Below, one piece after another: positions 53,301 to 64,000 of a stretch of DNA of 64,000 nt. The translations under genes and the position numbers were made by a program. Below the pieces are notes generated by a model, which was given only the letters and a program-made list of their open reading frames with translations, was not told where the DNA came from and did no database searches. Each line of letters begins with the position of its first letter. The stretch's first letter is position 1. The DNA lies in the NCBI RefSeq assembly GCF_964204645.1, contig NC_134030.1:12111947-12175946 (forward strand). Direction: 5' to 3'. This DNA comes from Tubulanus polymorphus (taxonomy: Eukaryota > Animalia > Nemertea).

Positions 53301-56300
53301 TTAAATAGGTATTTGCGTATTGCAATGTCGGACTCGCGGTAACCATGACTACGAGTATACTCGTAGTCGGCAGACTACGAGTATACTCGTAGTCGGCAGC
53401 GAACGTGTTAACAAGCACAGCTTTTACTGATTCATCTGGCTTGTCTGTTCATGTGCTAATCTGCAATTGTTCCAGAGGATTAAAAAACCAGTCATCTTTG
53501 AGTAACATCAGTACTAAGCTGACAAGGGAATTATTGGGACTACTGGATTATTTAGACAAATCTTTAATTACTGTAATCATTGCTATGCAGTACACAGGCT
53601 ATATCCCCACAGGCTATATCCCGATTGTCATGACAAATCAGATGCAGAAGAAGAAATTGGTATTCATTGCTTGTCAAGCAAACCATTGGTTGTGTTTGTT
53701 GTACTATCCGAAAGCAAAGCTGTTATTGTATGGAACAGTATGGTGAAATATTTTGTATGTCAAAAATGTAAATATAACCAAAATTGTGATCACATTACAA
53801 GGTTTAAGGATTGGTGTGGTGAAAATGGAAATGATTTTCCTGTGGCCAAAGTTATGGAGGCAGACAGCATCACATCAGTACCGGTGAATATCATTTCACA
53901 GAATGCAATAAGATATCTGCTATCTACACTGCAACAAGAAGTTTTAAGGCATCGGCTTATTGGAAAACCTCTTCCTGCAAAACTAGTGCCATCGCATGAT
54001 GGTGAATGTAAGCATGGTAATATGTGGGATACTAGAGATCCTGTTTTGTTAAATTGGTTGTGTCAAGTGTCACCCTGATATAAGTCACATATTTCATAAT
54101 CATGTTTATATCTACATTCATACTAATTTCATAAGGAACGTTTCATAATATTTCATATCTCTTAATACATGGAAATGCTTAACAATAATGATAATACTAA
54201 TAATGTAAATAACATATGAATATAGTATCAATATGTGCGTTAATCGTAATCGTAAAAAGCTCTTTCTCTCCGTTTCTGCCTACCAGCAACTGCCAGCCTA
54301 GAAGCTATGGAGGTGGCAGCACATATACTGCCTGTGGATCTATGACTCTCTGAACTTCTCATCAGAGATGTAGCCAAGATCTCTGGTAAAGATGATTCAC
54401 ATCCTCTGAAAAATCAACTGGTATGCTGCTACGAGGCCCACAAATTCAGTCACAATTCAATGAGCAAAGGGCTCTATTTAGCTCACCAAGCGCTCAAACA
54501 AAACAAAATTGACCTCTCGAGAATACAACCCGAGCCCATGTTTGAGCCTGAATGCCTTAGCCATACAGTGGCTAAACCCGACTATTGGGATGCTTTGGGC
54601 TCATCTAAATCAAGGAGCCTAGAAGAAGCAGCTCTGGCTAGGGACCTAATCGATAAATATGGAAAAATGTTGATCCAGAGGAAACAGCTGTTGCTTTTAT
54701 GGACGGTTCCTGTCTCAGTAACCCAGGCCCTTGTGGTTCGGGTGCTGTAATATTTCTGGGCAATAACCATCTAGAGCTTAAAAAAGCTGTATCTGCCAGA
54801 GGCTACATTCTTCTAGCTGAACTTTTGGCAATTCAATTAGTACTTGAGCAGATGGTTATTGAAGTTCAATCTAACCCATCAACTACACGTCAAATTAAAA
54901 TTAAACTGTTGGAATCCTTTCACTCAATTGGAAGAACTCTTTATACCTAGACACTGTCAATAGACCAGAGTTTAGGATGTCCGTTATAAAGGATCATGGT
55001 GCTAGCACCTTCAGCTCTGATACCCTACTCGGGTTTGATGAAGTTAATCTTTGCTGGACCTTCTCTATTGGTTCTGCTGGAGAACTTCTCTATTAAAACA
55101 ATTGGAAGCTTTCATTATCAGTTCTGGAAGATTTAACTTATATCATTGTCTTTCAAGGTCTCATCTTAATCATATGGTTGTACAGTGTATATACATACTT
55201 ATATATTTACCTAAATAAATTTCTAGGTATTCTCATATGCAATTTCTTTTAGGGGTGCTTGATATTACTTACTGCTTAAAACTGCTGATTATTTAAGTAA
55301 TAACTGCTGCAAGGTAAAAATGGTGCTGCTTAACTAGCCTCGGTAGACTGACTGCTGTGTCATAGCAATTTGGGTGCTTTTGTGTAATTCACAACTATTG
55401 CACTGTAATATTGGTGCTGTTTATGTAACTAATTAGCTCTCATGGTACGATTTCTGCTCGCAAATAATGCTGGTGCTGCCCGTATAACAAACAAGTTTTC
55501 GTGGTACGATTATTGCTCTGCAATAATGGTGCTGTTGTGTAACTTACTACTAATATATATAATTATTACCATAATAATAAAAATATAATAGAATATCATG
55601 TAAAAGTTATTCTCAAATGTGATATATTCACAAATATCAAATATGCAACTGGTTTGAATTTTCGTTCAGCCATTACTGAGAAATACGACTTAAAATAATC
55701 GGCAATTTCAGCACGTGCTCACTGTTATTGTTTATGTAAGCAGGTGCATGTTTCTGTCATCTCTGACAGACGCTCGCGGCTACCAGTCATTTCACTAGAC
55801 ATTTCATGCGATATTTTATCACTTTGGGAGTGATTTGAATTAATAAACTCTTACTATGGTATACAGTTGCTACCGTTGTATAGGGCATGATAATGGTATA
55901 TAAGTGAGTAGCGCTGTAGATCTGTGAACACGGTGAACAAATGCTGTTTATTTTATCAATTATACTAGCATACTAGCGTGCACACGTGCTTGTGTTGATT
56001 GTCATAGTTAACATCATGAATATGCCACCGCGGGTTGTATGTGAACTATGAGCACGGAGAGAAGGATAAATATATGACTAATTAACGGATTCTTCGAGCA
56101 ACTTTTTTCGATAAGTCAGATCTCGGGTGGTTATATATACTTAAGTTTCTTCTGGTTAAGAAATCACGGAAAGTTCAATTATGACAGCATTTTCCCTTTA
56201 TCACCTTCTTCAGGGGATAAATAGCTAAATTATGCAACACTTTAGATCCTAAACCATCAGAAAAATTATGTAATCGCACTTTCTCTGAAGTTTCAGGTGC

Positions 56301-59300
56301 TGATGTTAAAAAGAAAATCTTCTATAAACATTGCGAGCTGGATCAACTACCCATGCCTATTCTGAAGAAGCGCATTGACGTTGTCACCAAAATAACTAAA
56401 ATTCACTCGAATAATAAATTGTTCACTGACGTCTTGAGAAATGCCAGTGAAATATAAACATGGTCTCATTAGACTGCTCATAAAAAAGCCTGATCTTGTT
56501 CCTGAACATGTCTTAAACAACTATAGGCTAGTGTCAAATTTGCCTTTTGCTGCAAAACATGTGGAGAAATTTGTTTCTGAGCAGTTACTTTAACACTTGT
56601 CTATATATGAAAAGTAAAAATAATAAATATAGTTGCAAAGCAGCGATAACCGGTTTGTGCCTAGCTGGATTAAATGTCGTACCAGAAAGCTTGCAAATGA
56701 TTTCACTGAAATCAGTTCATAACGCAGCCCTATTTTGAAGGAGCGCCACCTAGAGGTCAGCACATATCATGGATACGTTGACCCACATGGCTACTAAGTG
56801 CGGAGTACAAATGTACCAAGTTTAGGGAAAATAACTTCGAGAATAATGAGAATATCGTGTTTGTTTTATTCCCTAGTGGCAGTTGTATGAACTTATTTAG
56901 TTGGTTAGCATACTATACATATATATATATATATGTACTCAGGGAAGCACTTGGAAATAAAGGGATTTCAAGCGAAGCTACCGGCATTATACTCAGCGCT
57001 TGGCGTGAAGGAACGAACAAACAATACAGATCGTTCATTAAAAGATGGGAACGTTTTTGTGATAAAAAAGCCACCGATGTTTTTTCGCCAAATGTTGCTG
57101 ATGTATTAGATTATCTTACTGAGTTGTTCCAGAATAATTTGGGCTATAGTAGCATTAACTCTGCTCGTTCAGCGCTTTCATCTTTTATTACCCTGGATGG
57201 TTGGCCATGTGGAGAACACGTGTTAGTCCGGAGGTTTATGCGGGGAGTGTTTAATAGACGGCCGGCGTTACCTAGATATGTACAGATCTGGGATGTGAAT
57301 ATTTTAATTAAATATTTTGAGTCACTACAGCTGTCAGGACTAAATCTGAAGTCATTGACATTTAAACTTGTTACATTGTTATTGATATTGAGTGGTCAGC
57401 GAGCGGAAACCATGAGAAAACTGAAGTCATCTAAGTGTTCGCTGACAGACAATGTCGCTGTTTTCTATATAGACTCTGTTTTAAAAACTTCTAAGCCTGG
57501 GTCGCATGTTAAAACTGTGGAGTTCAGTGGTTTCCCTAGTAATGAAAATTTATGCCCGGTCCGACATATTCGGGAGTATATTCAGCGCACTCCGAGCTTG
57601 CGGGCAGAAACGGATGCATTGTTTATAAGTTACATTAAGCCACATGGTGCTGTGTGTACGGAAACTATAAGTGGTTGGGTTAATGTCTACGCTTAGTTCA
57701 GCGGGGATTGACACGTCGATTTTTAAGGCGCATTCAACGAGATCAGCATCAACGAGTGCAATGTATAAAAGTGGAGTGCCAGTGGATGACATACTTATGA
57801 AAGTAGGTAGGAGGAATGCTGGAACTTTTGGAAAGTTTTATAATAAAGATGTTGTGTCAACAGATTAAGGGGAAAAATATATATATTTGTAATATCCTTG
57901 AATTTGAAAATAATGAAGTGGTTTACATTATTTCTTTTAGTTGGGCTTTGAATACCATCATGCTTTAAAGTCTCATGTTATCCAAAGTGACCTAGATTGA
58001 TGATGAGATAGAATTATTAAATTAAACGAGACTTACCTGTAAGTCGAAGTTTGATTGAGATTCTATCGAATCGTCAATCGGGAACGGAGAGATAACTTGC
58101 CCACCCTTTGTTTGCTTGTTTGTTTTCCCTCCCTAGTTGGTTTTATTTGGGTTTATTATGATGTCATTCAAAGCGTTAAAGAATGAGTAGCAGATGCGGA
58201 TGTGCTTCTCAAGTTATCTCTCCGTTTCTGATTGACGATTCGATAGAATCTCAATCAAACTTCAACTTACAGGTAAGTCTCGATTAATTTAATAATTTTA
58301 TCGCCAACAGTTAAGGACCTAGGAGCAAAAATCGTTGTTTTCACAGTCCCCTGGTGGCAGTTGTATGAACTTATCATGCAGGTTAGCATGTTACACTCAT
58401 GTCTATGTACTTATACCAAGTTTTGTGATTTGCATAATAAACCGATCGCATTACATGTCAAAAAACAGATGCTGAAATGAGTTTTCAAAATTTACGCCCC
58501 TTAGTGGTTAAAATAGGAACTACTTATGTGAGGGAGTTCGTTGTATTTAGTAGCCGGTGCATGTGTATCAATTTTCAGAGAAATCCATTGAAACCCTTAG
58601 TCAATACAGATGAAAATGCGTTTTCCAGTGTCTTATAGGTGGAGAACCATATGAGTTACCTACTTAAAAAATACATCAATACAAGTGTCTTGTAAAGCAC
58701 TACTGACCACACGTTGCAACCACTTATCATCTCCAACGGTTAAGGAGCTAGGGGCAAGAATCTCATTAAAAAAATTTGGAGTCGCATTTTCGAGTCCGTA
58801 GAGCCCAAACGGTTAATCGCAAATACGGCGTGCCATTGACTTATTTAACCGCCGAGCTGTCGTGAACCACTTTCCTCAAAGACAAATTTTCCTCACACAG
58901 TAACTTTTCGATGTCAGAAAGTACAACACCCCCTGGTGGGTATCTCACTTAAATGCTCCTGAAGATCAATAGGAGTGTTCCATATTTGTTTGAGGTAATT
59001 ATTTACTACCAATAATCTGTTTAGAACTATTTTGTTACTTTGTTTCTTTCATCACCTCACAGCGGCAATCTTATACTGCAGCGCTAATATAATACATTTG
59101 TATATACGCGCGCCAGCAGTCAGCCGGCTGTTTGCGATTGTAGGTTACAATATGGCAGTGTGTGTTAGAAATCACCTGAGCGAGTCTATATATATAGCAG
59201 TGACTCGTCGATGATAGTCGCGATGATCGGCGATGACAGCACTCTCACACATCGGCAGGCACGTATTGTCAGCCTCATACGATTAAGACAAACTAATTGA

Positions 59301-62300
59301 CAAATCAGTGAATCAAAATCTCCTGATGAAGGGCCTCGGCTTATTGGCGATGCATTAAGAAATCCATGTATTTTAGGCTAAAAAACTGCTCTCGGCTTAT
59401 TGGCCGAGTCGGCTTAATCGTCGGAAATACGGTACCTCCAAGGTATATGCATTTGGTACACCTCACATAAGTTTCAAATAAATCCATCAAGGAATATTGT
59501 AATGCTAGCAGAATATAGTCTTCCAGGCTCTAGCGTATAGATAGCATTCATTAGCTCTATTCAGGGAAGATACTGCAAGGATGCTAATGCTTGTGTATAC
59601 GATACCGCAAGGCCATAAAAATTCCCCAATTGCATTCAAACGTGAGGGATGACTAACCTCATTCAGTCATCGACACATATATGGTTGAAGAGATGTCACT
59701 CACGCTCGATGTCCTCTTGAGTCTGGGTTGAAGTAGACAATGTCATTTAAAATAACTTGATTACGTTATTCTGTATGAATTATATGTGCGATTTGTATAT
59801 TGTATATTTTTATTCTAAAATTTTTTACTTTATTGAATTTGGGAATTTTATATGTAATAAGGATCAATAACAATTGCACCAATAATGCACTATGCACAGG
59901 GTTTCAGTGCCTAAATTTTTCAAGTACAGCCTTTCGGCTCGCACTGTATCCCTCGGAAACTACATCATGTATTTATGAAAAAAAAAAAAAATAATACTAT
60001 CGATTATCAATTATATTGTATGTACGGTTTACGAAAAATGAATATCTATCTATCTATAAAGAATTGAAATGAATTGTCACCTAATACACATGCCATCAGA
60101 GGACACGGAGCCGTATATGACAGCTATGCTATTATAAATTGCTAATCTCATGAAACCTGCATACCCCTAATATCGAACATATTTTCTAAAACATTTGAAT
60201 ATTGAAATTATATGTTTACCCATTTTTATATTGACCGCTTGTAGCCGCCGATGAAATTCACGCCGGCCCTACATGGATCATAGATTGCTTCGTCATTCCA
60301 CCAGCATCCCCATGTCAGGGTCTTACTAATAGGCCTAACAGTCGATTATCCAGAGTCAAATAACGATCTGGTCTAGTCATCCATGGTTTCATAGTAGGCC
60401 AAATTGACTGTTGTCGACCATCCCTTTATAAAACCATGTTGACGGTTGAACAGGATTTTAAATTCCCTTCATTTTCATGGCATGGTTCGGCTGCATCAGC
60501 GTACACACGACCTTGGTCGACACAGTATCCAGACAAGATCAAGAATACGAACAAGGATGTGCAAAAAACCTGTTATTGCTCATTTGCAGCTATATTTATA
60601 ATCATTATTCTTATGCACCTGTCACTCGTATTTCTCCTATCCATACCAATAGTGGCGGGGCAGAACAAGATTGTTCCAAGAGAATATCATAAGCTGCAGG
60701 CTATCAACCAGTATGATGATTATATAGGGGCCTGGACAAGTCTGATCAGCCTAACTCCTACTTTAGCCATTAGGGAAATGGCAAAATGTTTTTAAACTGT
60801 TTGTGAAGTCCTTAACAAATGAATAGCATATGTACAAGTCACTCTTCAAACAGAACAGGTTTCTAGTTTTGAGTTCCACATTAGATTGCAAAGGGACTTC
60901 TAAGAAGAAACAAATGATCCGTCACGCAAGCCAGTCATTGACCCTCACCAGACAGGTCGCGTAGCTCGCTGCAAAATGTTGGGGAAAAGCACATTCGCAG
61001 ATGCCTAACTATTTACTGATGTAAGAACTGTCTCTTAACTCCCTCACCGTGCAAAGCTATGTATTGAAATCTAAGCCGTTTTGAAATCTTAGGTAAAACA
61101 AAAAGCAGTCAGGCCTTCATTTGCTTTTGTAGAAGCGTGCATCCAGTAAAATTTTCCATTCTGAAGGGGCTTTATGACACCTTTTGTTGGGGAGGGGACC
61201 TTGATATACCAAATCTGGAATGGATGAGTTAAAAAGCAAAATACCCACCAAGTCTTCTTTAGGAATATAGAAATCTGAGACAGCAGCAGCAAGGTAGAGC
61301 ATAGCCAATTTTCCAACTGACTTCAATTCAGTAGCGCATACTCGCAGAAGATGTAGGTATTCTCCTGTAAATCGATATAGATGTGTGTAGGATGTTTGAA
61401 ATAAAAAGCCTATGCACAAACAGATTTAAATAGCTGCTATGAGTATTCACTGACACAAAGCTAACAAAAAGGACAACTTTGCTTTACTTTGAAAACTTGC
61501 CTGCATATGGTACTCAATTAAGATAATACAACAAATCATAGCTGGCCAGGACAGACATTACGAGTAATGTTGGGATGTCACGCTATATAACAAACCCCTC
61601 CCCAATATTTAGCGAATTTGTACAATGTTCTCATGAATGATGGAGATAAAGTTAAAAGGTTGGAAATCCATCTTTGGATGGAAGATATTCAACCCCGCAT
61701 ATGTGAAAGACCCAGATATTTGATCAAAGCCTTTTCAAAATTTCTTTTCTTGAAAACTTCACAAATCTGTAAAAAGCGCTTATTTTGGCGAACAACAATG
61801 GCTGCCAGACAGTCATCTTGATTCTGATCAAGCCAGTTTTCTGGCAGAAGATGTATCTAGTGTAGATACATGTAAAGACAATCCATTGAACTTTCTTCAG
61901 AACTGCCCAAAATAATTGGATCCCGTTAACGGATGGACAGATGGACGAAAAGTGAACGCACTAGCCGGCTGGGACTTGAGTCCCAAGTGGCCTAAATACA
62001 TAAGGGATCATTGAATTGATCATTTCAGGAAGTAGAAGTCATTGCTATATCATCAAAACTGATTCATTTCATAGTTCAATGTAGGAATCATGCATAATCG
62101 GGTCAAGATATTTCCTGCGACACTACACTCCCTCGAGACACCCTACAGTGGAACACAACTATTAAACATTTGTTGATGACGCAGGTAGATGATGCCTATT
62201 TCCCAGCACACAAAAGATTCGGCTGGGAAAATAAATTGGCAAAAGAGAATAATGGTGTGGATAATCGTTCCTGCAGATGATAAAAATTTCAGCACTTTTT

Positions 62301-62620
62301 GATTAACCGAATAATCAAGCTACCTCAATTATCTCTGTTAACCTAAATTATTAGACTAGCACAATGTTTTAGTTTTTAAACAAGCTTTGATTGCAGACAC
62401 GAATGAACAACTAAATTAGAATTTGAAAGAACCAGTTAATTTTGTTGAAAATAATCGCACTATTATCAATTTTTTAGAAATTCAAAGTATCAGGTTCACT
62501 TACTTAAGGTTATTTCCTTACCTATGGTTTGAAAACCTATCAATAAAAGTCTGTTTTCTGCTTTGGCTCTTTGATATCTTTCGAGAATTTTACTCAATGC
62601 TGGAACTTGAATCTCATCCA
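38302..62620 (-). CDS. PPCS: Phosphopantothenate--cysteine ligase, 3' five exons (5' exons not found, probably beyond the window)
   Basis: complement(join(38302..38481,38556..38621,39461..39580,61249..61364,62522..62620)) gives ...LLLIGFQTIG|EYLHLLR...LYLAAAVSDFYIP..DL|PEHKIQS..GPL.I.LQMVPKML..LV.DWA..AFVVSFK|LETD..LL..K...AL.KY.HQ|VVIGNIL. Phases are consistent. Intron 39581-61248 is 21.7 kb. Confidence 0.93.
39909..40150 (+). mobile_element. hAT transposon 5' end with transposase N-terminus
   Basis: CAGTGGCGGATCCAG terminus; ATG at 40095 gives MAEKQMKISSLFDK followed by a splice donor. Confidence 0.5.
40946..42640 (+). mobile_element. Degenerate piggyBac transposon (element A)
   Basis: TTAA|CCCT left end. 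Frameshifted transposase: FFTD..VNETN, FPRDRFVQILRYLHF, LSIDESMI..KG, KP.RFGLKVF, MDNWFSS, ACGTLR, and the Cys-rich C-terminus CETRYICGVC..MC..PCFRRWH. Confidence 0.9.
43378..44279. mobile_element. HINE/DINE-1-like element, copy 2
   Basis: High similarity over ~900 bp to 33491-34387, with the same termini. Confidence 0.7.
44490..44610 (+). mobile_element. BEL/Pao gag (DUF1759-like) fragment
   Basis: LPMTNANYQHAMDILQQRYG..QKVINAYM. Confidence 0.65.
45190..45960 (+). mobile_element. Non-LTR retrotransposon ORF1-like fragments
   Basis: Coiled-coil remnant followed by KAAIKAGHKAYFNWHGNLFVDNKPY, typical of an ORF1 C-terminus. Confidence 0.5.
46195..46425. repeat. Tandem duplication of about 115 bp
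   Basis: actctagtataaccgcaaccgaaaacaaccaagaatagg...ggtaacaatt occurs twice. Confidence 0.9.
46430..46990 (+). mobile_element. Penelope-like element 3' end (GIY-YIG endonuclease plus 3' UTR)
   Basis: SFTCTSDNVIYCILCLRC..KYIGETSRRLGDRFREH...HFN...H...LGTLRPYGLN. Confidence 0.9.
46889..46928 (+). ncRNA. Minimal type I hammerhead ribozyme (PLE type; core CUGA mutated to CCGA)
   Basis: tgta-CCGAAGA-aggcttaatggcc-GAAA-tat-C-taca. Stems I and II pair; stem III is short and palindromic. Confidence 0.6.
47050..47510 (+). mobile_element. Non-LTR retrotransposon APE endonuclease fragment
   Basis: FNVCGL, YDILILTETKL, SGG.AI, Y.PP and GDLNA motifs with frameshifts. Confidence 0.8.
48150..48690 (+). 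mobile_element. DUF4806-like (EnSpm/CACTA-associated) gene fragments
   Basis: LPDGCLLPASSLDDI..NEALL; G.DIKETVRRIM; YNRTG. Confidence 0.45.
49847..49995 (+). mobile_element. hAT transposase C-terminal dimerisation-domain fragment
   Basis: ILAISVTTAHVERMFSFVKSIMGDWRNRL. Confidence 0.75.
52270..52600 (+). mobile_element. Ty3/gypsy pol fragment (start of RT)
   Basis: QKEEL..LL..FS.IF.GKT...PL.QQPY..SP; SPW..; VPKPNGS; RLNDVTVKDFYPLP. Confidence 0.75.
52740..52950 (+). mobile_element. DNA-transposase-like fragment (superfamily uncertain)
   Basis: FDLQNVITFPK...SFY..RKL.V.NL ... SGRSGNDIASAVIKIL. Confidence 0.45.
53030..53411 (+). mobile_element. piggyBac 3' end (element B)
   Basis: Cys-rich domain PTKPCRVC...RKETRFYCVEC..KPALCVGQCFKEYH; terminus ...GGCAGCGAACGTG|TTAA (53408-53411). 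Confidence 0.85.
53420..54078 (+). mobile_element. Cys/His-rich fragment, possibly KDZ/Zisupton-associated (SWIM/CxC-like)
   Basis: LICNCS; FVCQKC...NCDHI; LVPSHDGECKHGNMW; frameshifted. Confidence 0.35.
54290..54950 (+). mobile_element. RNase H-bearing non-LTR retrotransposon fragment
   Basis: ATASLEAMEVAAHILPVDL upstream; DGSCLSNPGPCGSGAVI...LAELLAI RNase HI motifs. Confidence 0.75.
56260..56600 (+). mobile_element. L2/CR1-like RT N-terminal fragment
   Basis: CELDQLP..ILK; KKPDL....LNNYR.VSNLPF.AK.VEK.V.EQL. Confidence 0.7.
56930..58298 (+). mobile_element. DIRS1-type retrotransposon 3' portion: tyrosine recombinase (one frameshift near 57690) plus terminal inverted structure
   Basis: ORFs 56857-57696 and 57671-57868 contain a SAM-like region (YSSINSARSALS), SGQR, KTSKPG, LCPV, AHSTRSAS and FGKFY. 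An ~88-bp inverted repeat (58012-58099 vs 58210-58297) ends in TTT. Confidence 0.88.
59697..60322 (+). repeat. Dispersed repeat, copy 2, with an extra ~185-bp insert ending in (ATCT)n
   Basis: Matches 5202-5655; the insert lies at ~59871-60055. Confidence 0.8.
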
Positions 62621-64000
62621 CTAGAAAAGAGAGTAAGGATAATCAATTTTGCATACATAAGACAACTATACACACAGAATGAAACAGATTGGAAATTTCA
62701 TGGGACCAGCATGGAAAGTTATCATTTGAGTTAATGAAAATTGTGAGCAAAAATTCTAGCAATTCATTTATTCAGCATTGTGCAATGATATCGTTGACTT
62801 GCGAGCCCGTAGCCAGGATTTTGAAAGGTTGTTCTTAAATTACAAAAAGGGCAATTTTGCACGTTCTTGATCCCAGGAAAGCGAGCATCCTCTGCTAAAA
62901 ACCAGAATTCTGTAGCTATTCCACAAACAATAAAAACACAACAAATGAATTTGAGTATAATCATGTGAAATGTAAGAATGAAATTTATTGATGCCAAATA
63001 GTTAAATTTAAAATGTTTGCTTAATGCATTTCATCTTGAGTGTTTTCCCGCGAATATTCTCGCCTAAGTTTATGTATCTATATCCTCAACGTAATGTATG
63101 TGCATGAGGTGACTTTTTGTATATGATTTTTTGTATAAATCCGTTTTCTGCCTAATTGGTTCATATGTCGAACTGGGAAGCGTACGAAGATTTCATCAAA
63201 ATAATTCTAGCCCATAACATATGACTATTGCCAAGAAGCGCAACCTGGGTCAACATTATGCTGGATATGTGGAGATTAGGAGTCCATTTGTCAAAGCATC
63301 GAAGCAATACGGTCCAACTTGTTTATGTCTCAGATGGAGCGAACGGGGCAGGGCCATCATTATATTGCTGACTTATCAAAATTACACTTACACAGCCCGA
63401 CGTTTTTCAGTGTGTAAACTCTGTCATACTCGGCATTATAGGACTTATAGGCAAAAAACCTTAAATGACTTCACAGAATTTGATAATGAGTCTAGGATTT
63501 TCTAAAATTTTGAAGAATGTTTTCTCTGGTTATGAGATCAATTCAAATTCACTCCTGAATACATTAATCAAAAATAAGTAAAATAAATTCTTATTTTATT
63601 GAAAGAAATCCCCAGAACACAGATTTAAAAATGAATTATGTGTCAATTTATCCAGACAAAATAATTACAGCAAAATCAACTGACGATCAACAAGGAGGAG
63701 TTTTCATTTATCTTCGGATAATTTGTCTACCCCTGATGATACAAGCATTTTGGAGACATCTTTTGAAACCTCAACACTTTAACTGCGCGCGTCAATTAGT
63801 CAGCCACAGTCGATTTTTTATGCCATCTGACCTCTTTCCGCCTGTAATTAAGCAATCTAATGTAAGAATTACTCAGTAATGTAATATAATAGAGGAGTGA
63901 AAGAAAGTATAATAGATATCTTAGGAGACCAATTTAAATTGTGCGTTTGTCGTTAAACGTCTATTACTACTGTCTCGCAGAGCATAGACACCGACCGTTA

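Noticed and set aside
40946-53411. One giant piggyBac spanning both TTAA ends
   Set aside because: The termini differ (CCCTTTGGTGCCG vs CACGTTCGCTGCCG) and each part has its own Cys-rich domain.
60436-60795. 119-aa + strand ORF with a hydrophobic stretch
   Set aside because: No recognisable domain; lies among TE debris.

Overview
AT-rich eukaryotic DNA, most likely from an invertebrate animal: spliced genes with GT-AG introns and a very diverse TE complement. Five host genes can be reconstructed: (1) a single-pass LRR transmembrane protein (+, 2 coding exons, 13215-14891); (2) an intronless class A GPCR (+, 20603-21541); (3) a urea transporter/SLC14 homologue (-, 6 coding exons, 28180-21914) with unusual substitutions in its selectivity-filter motifs; (4) an 8-exon secreted ADP-ribosyl cyclase/CD38 homologue (+, 32097-37097), largely missed by the ORF track, with a TLEDTL->TLDSTL change; (5) the 3' five exons of PPCS (-, 62620-38302). 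The most striking structure is the 21.7-kb PPCS intron (39581-61248). It is packed with short fragments of about a dozen TE superfamilies, and every coding fragment I could recognise lies antisense to the host transcript, as in a uni-strand (flamenco-like) piRNA cluster. Other notable items are a TIR-less ~665-bp element found twice, apparently at the same 8-bp target (ATCCAGTT); a palindrome-rich, AT-rich virus/Polinton-like relic at 0.5-3.9 kb; a decayed Ty3/gypsy element with LTR and tRNA-Leu PBS; IS3EU and hAT5-type MITEs; Penelope hammerhead motifs; and a DIRS 3' end. All calls were made by eye from motifs, without database searches.
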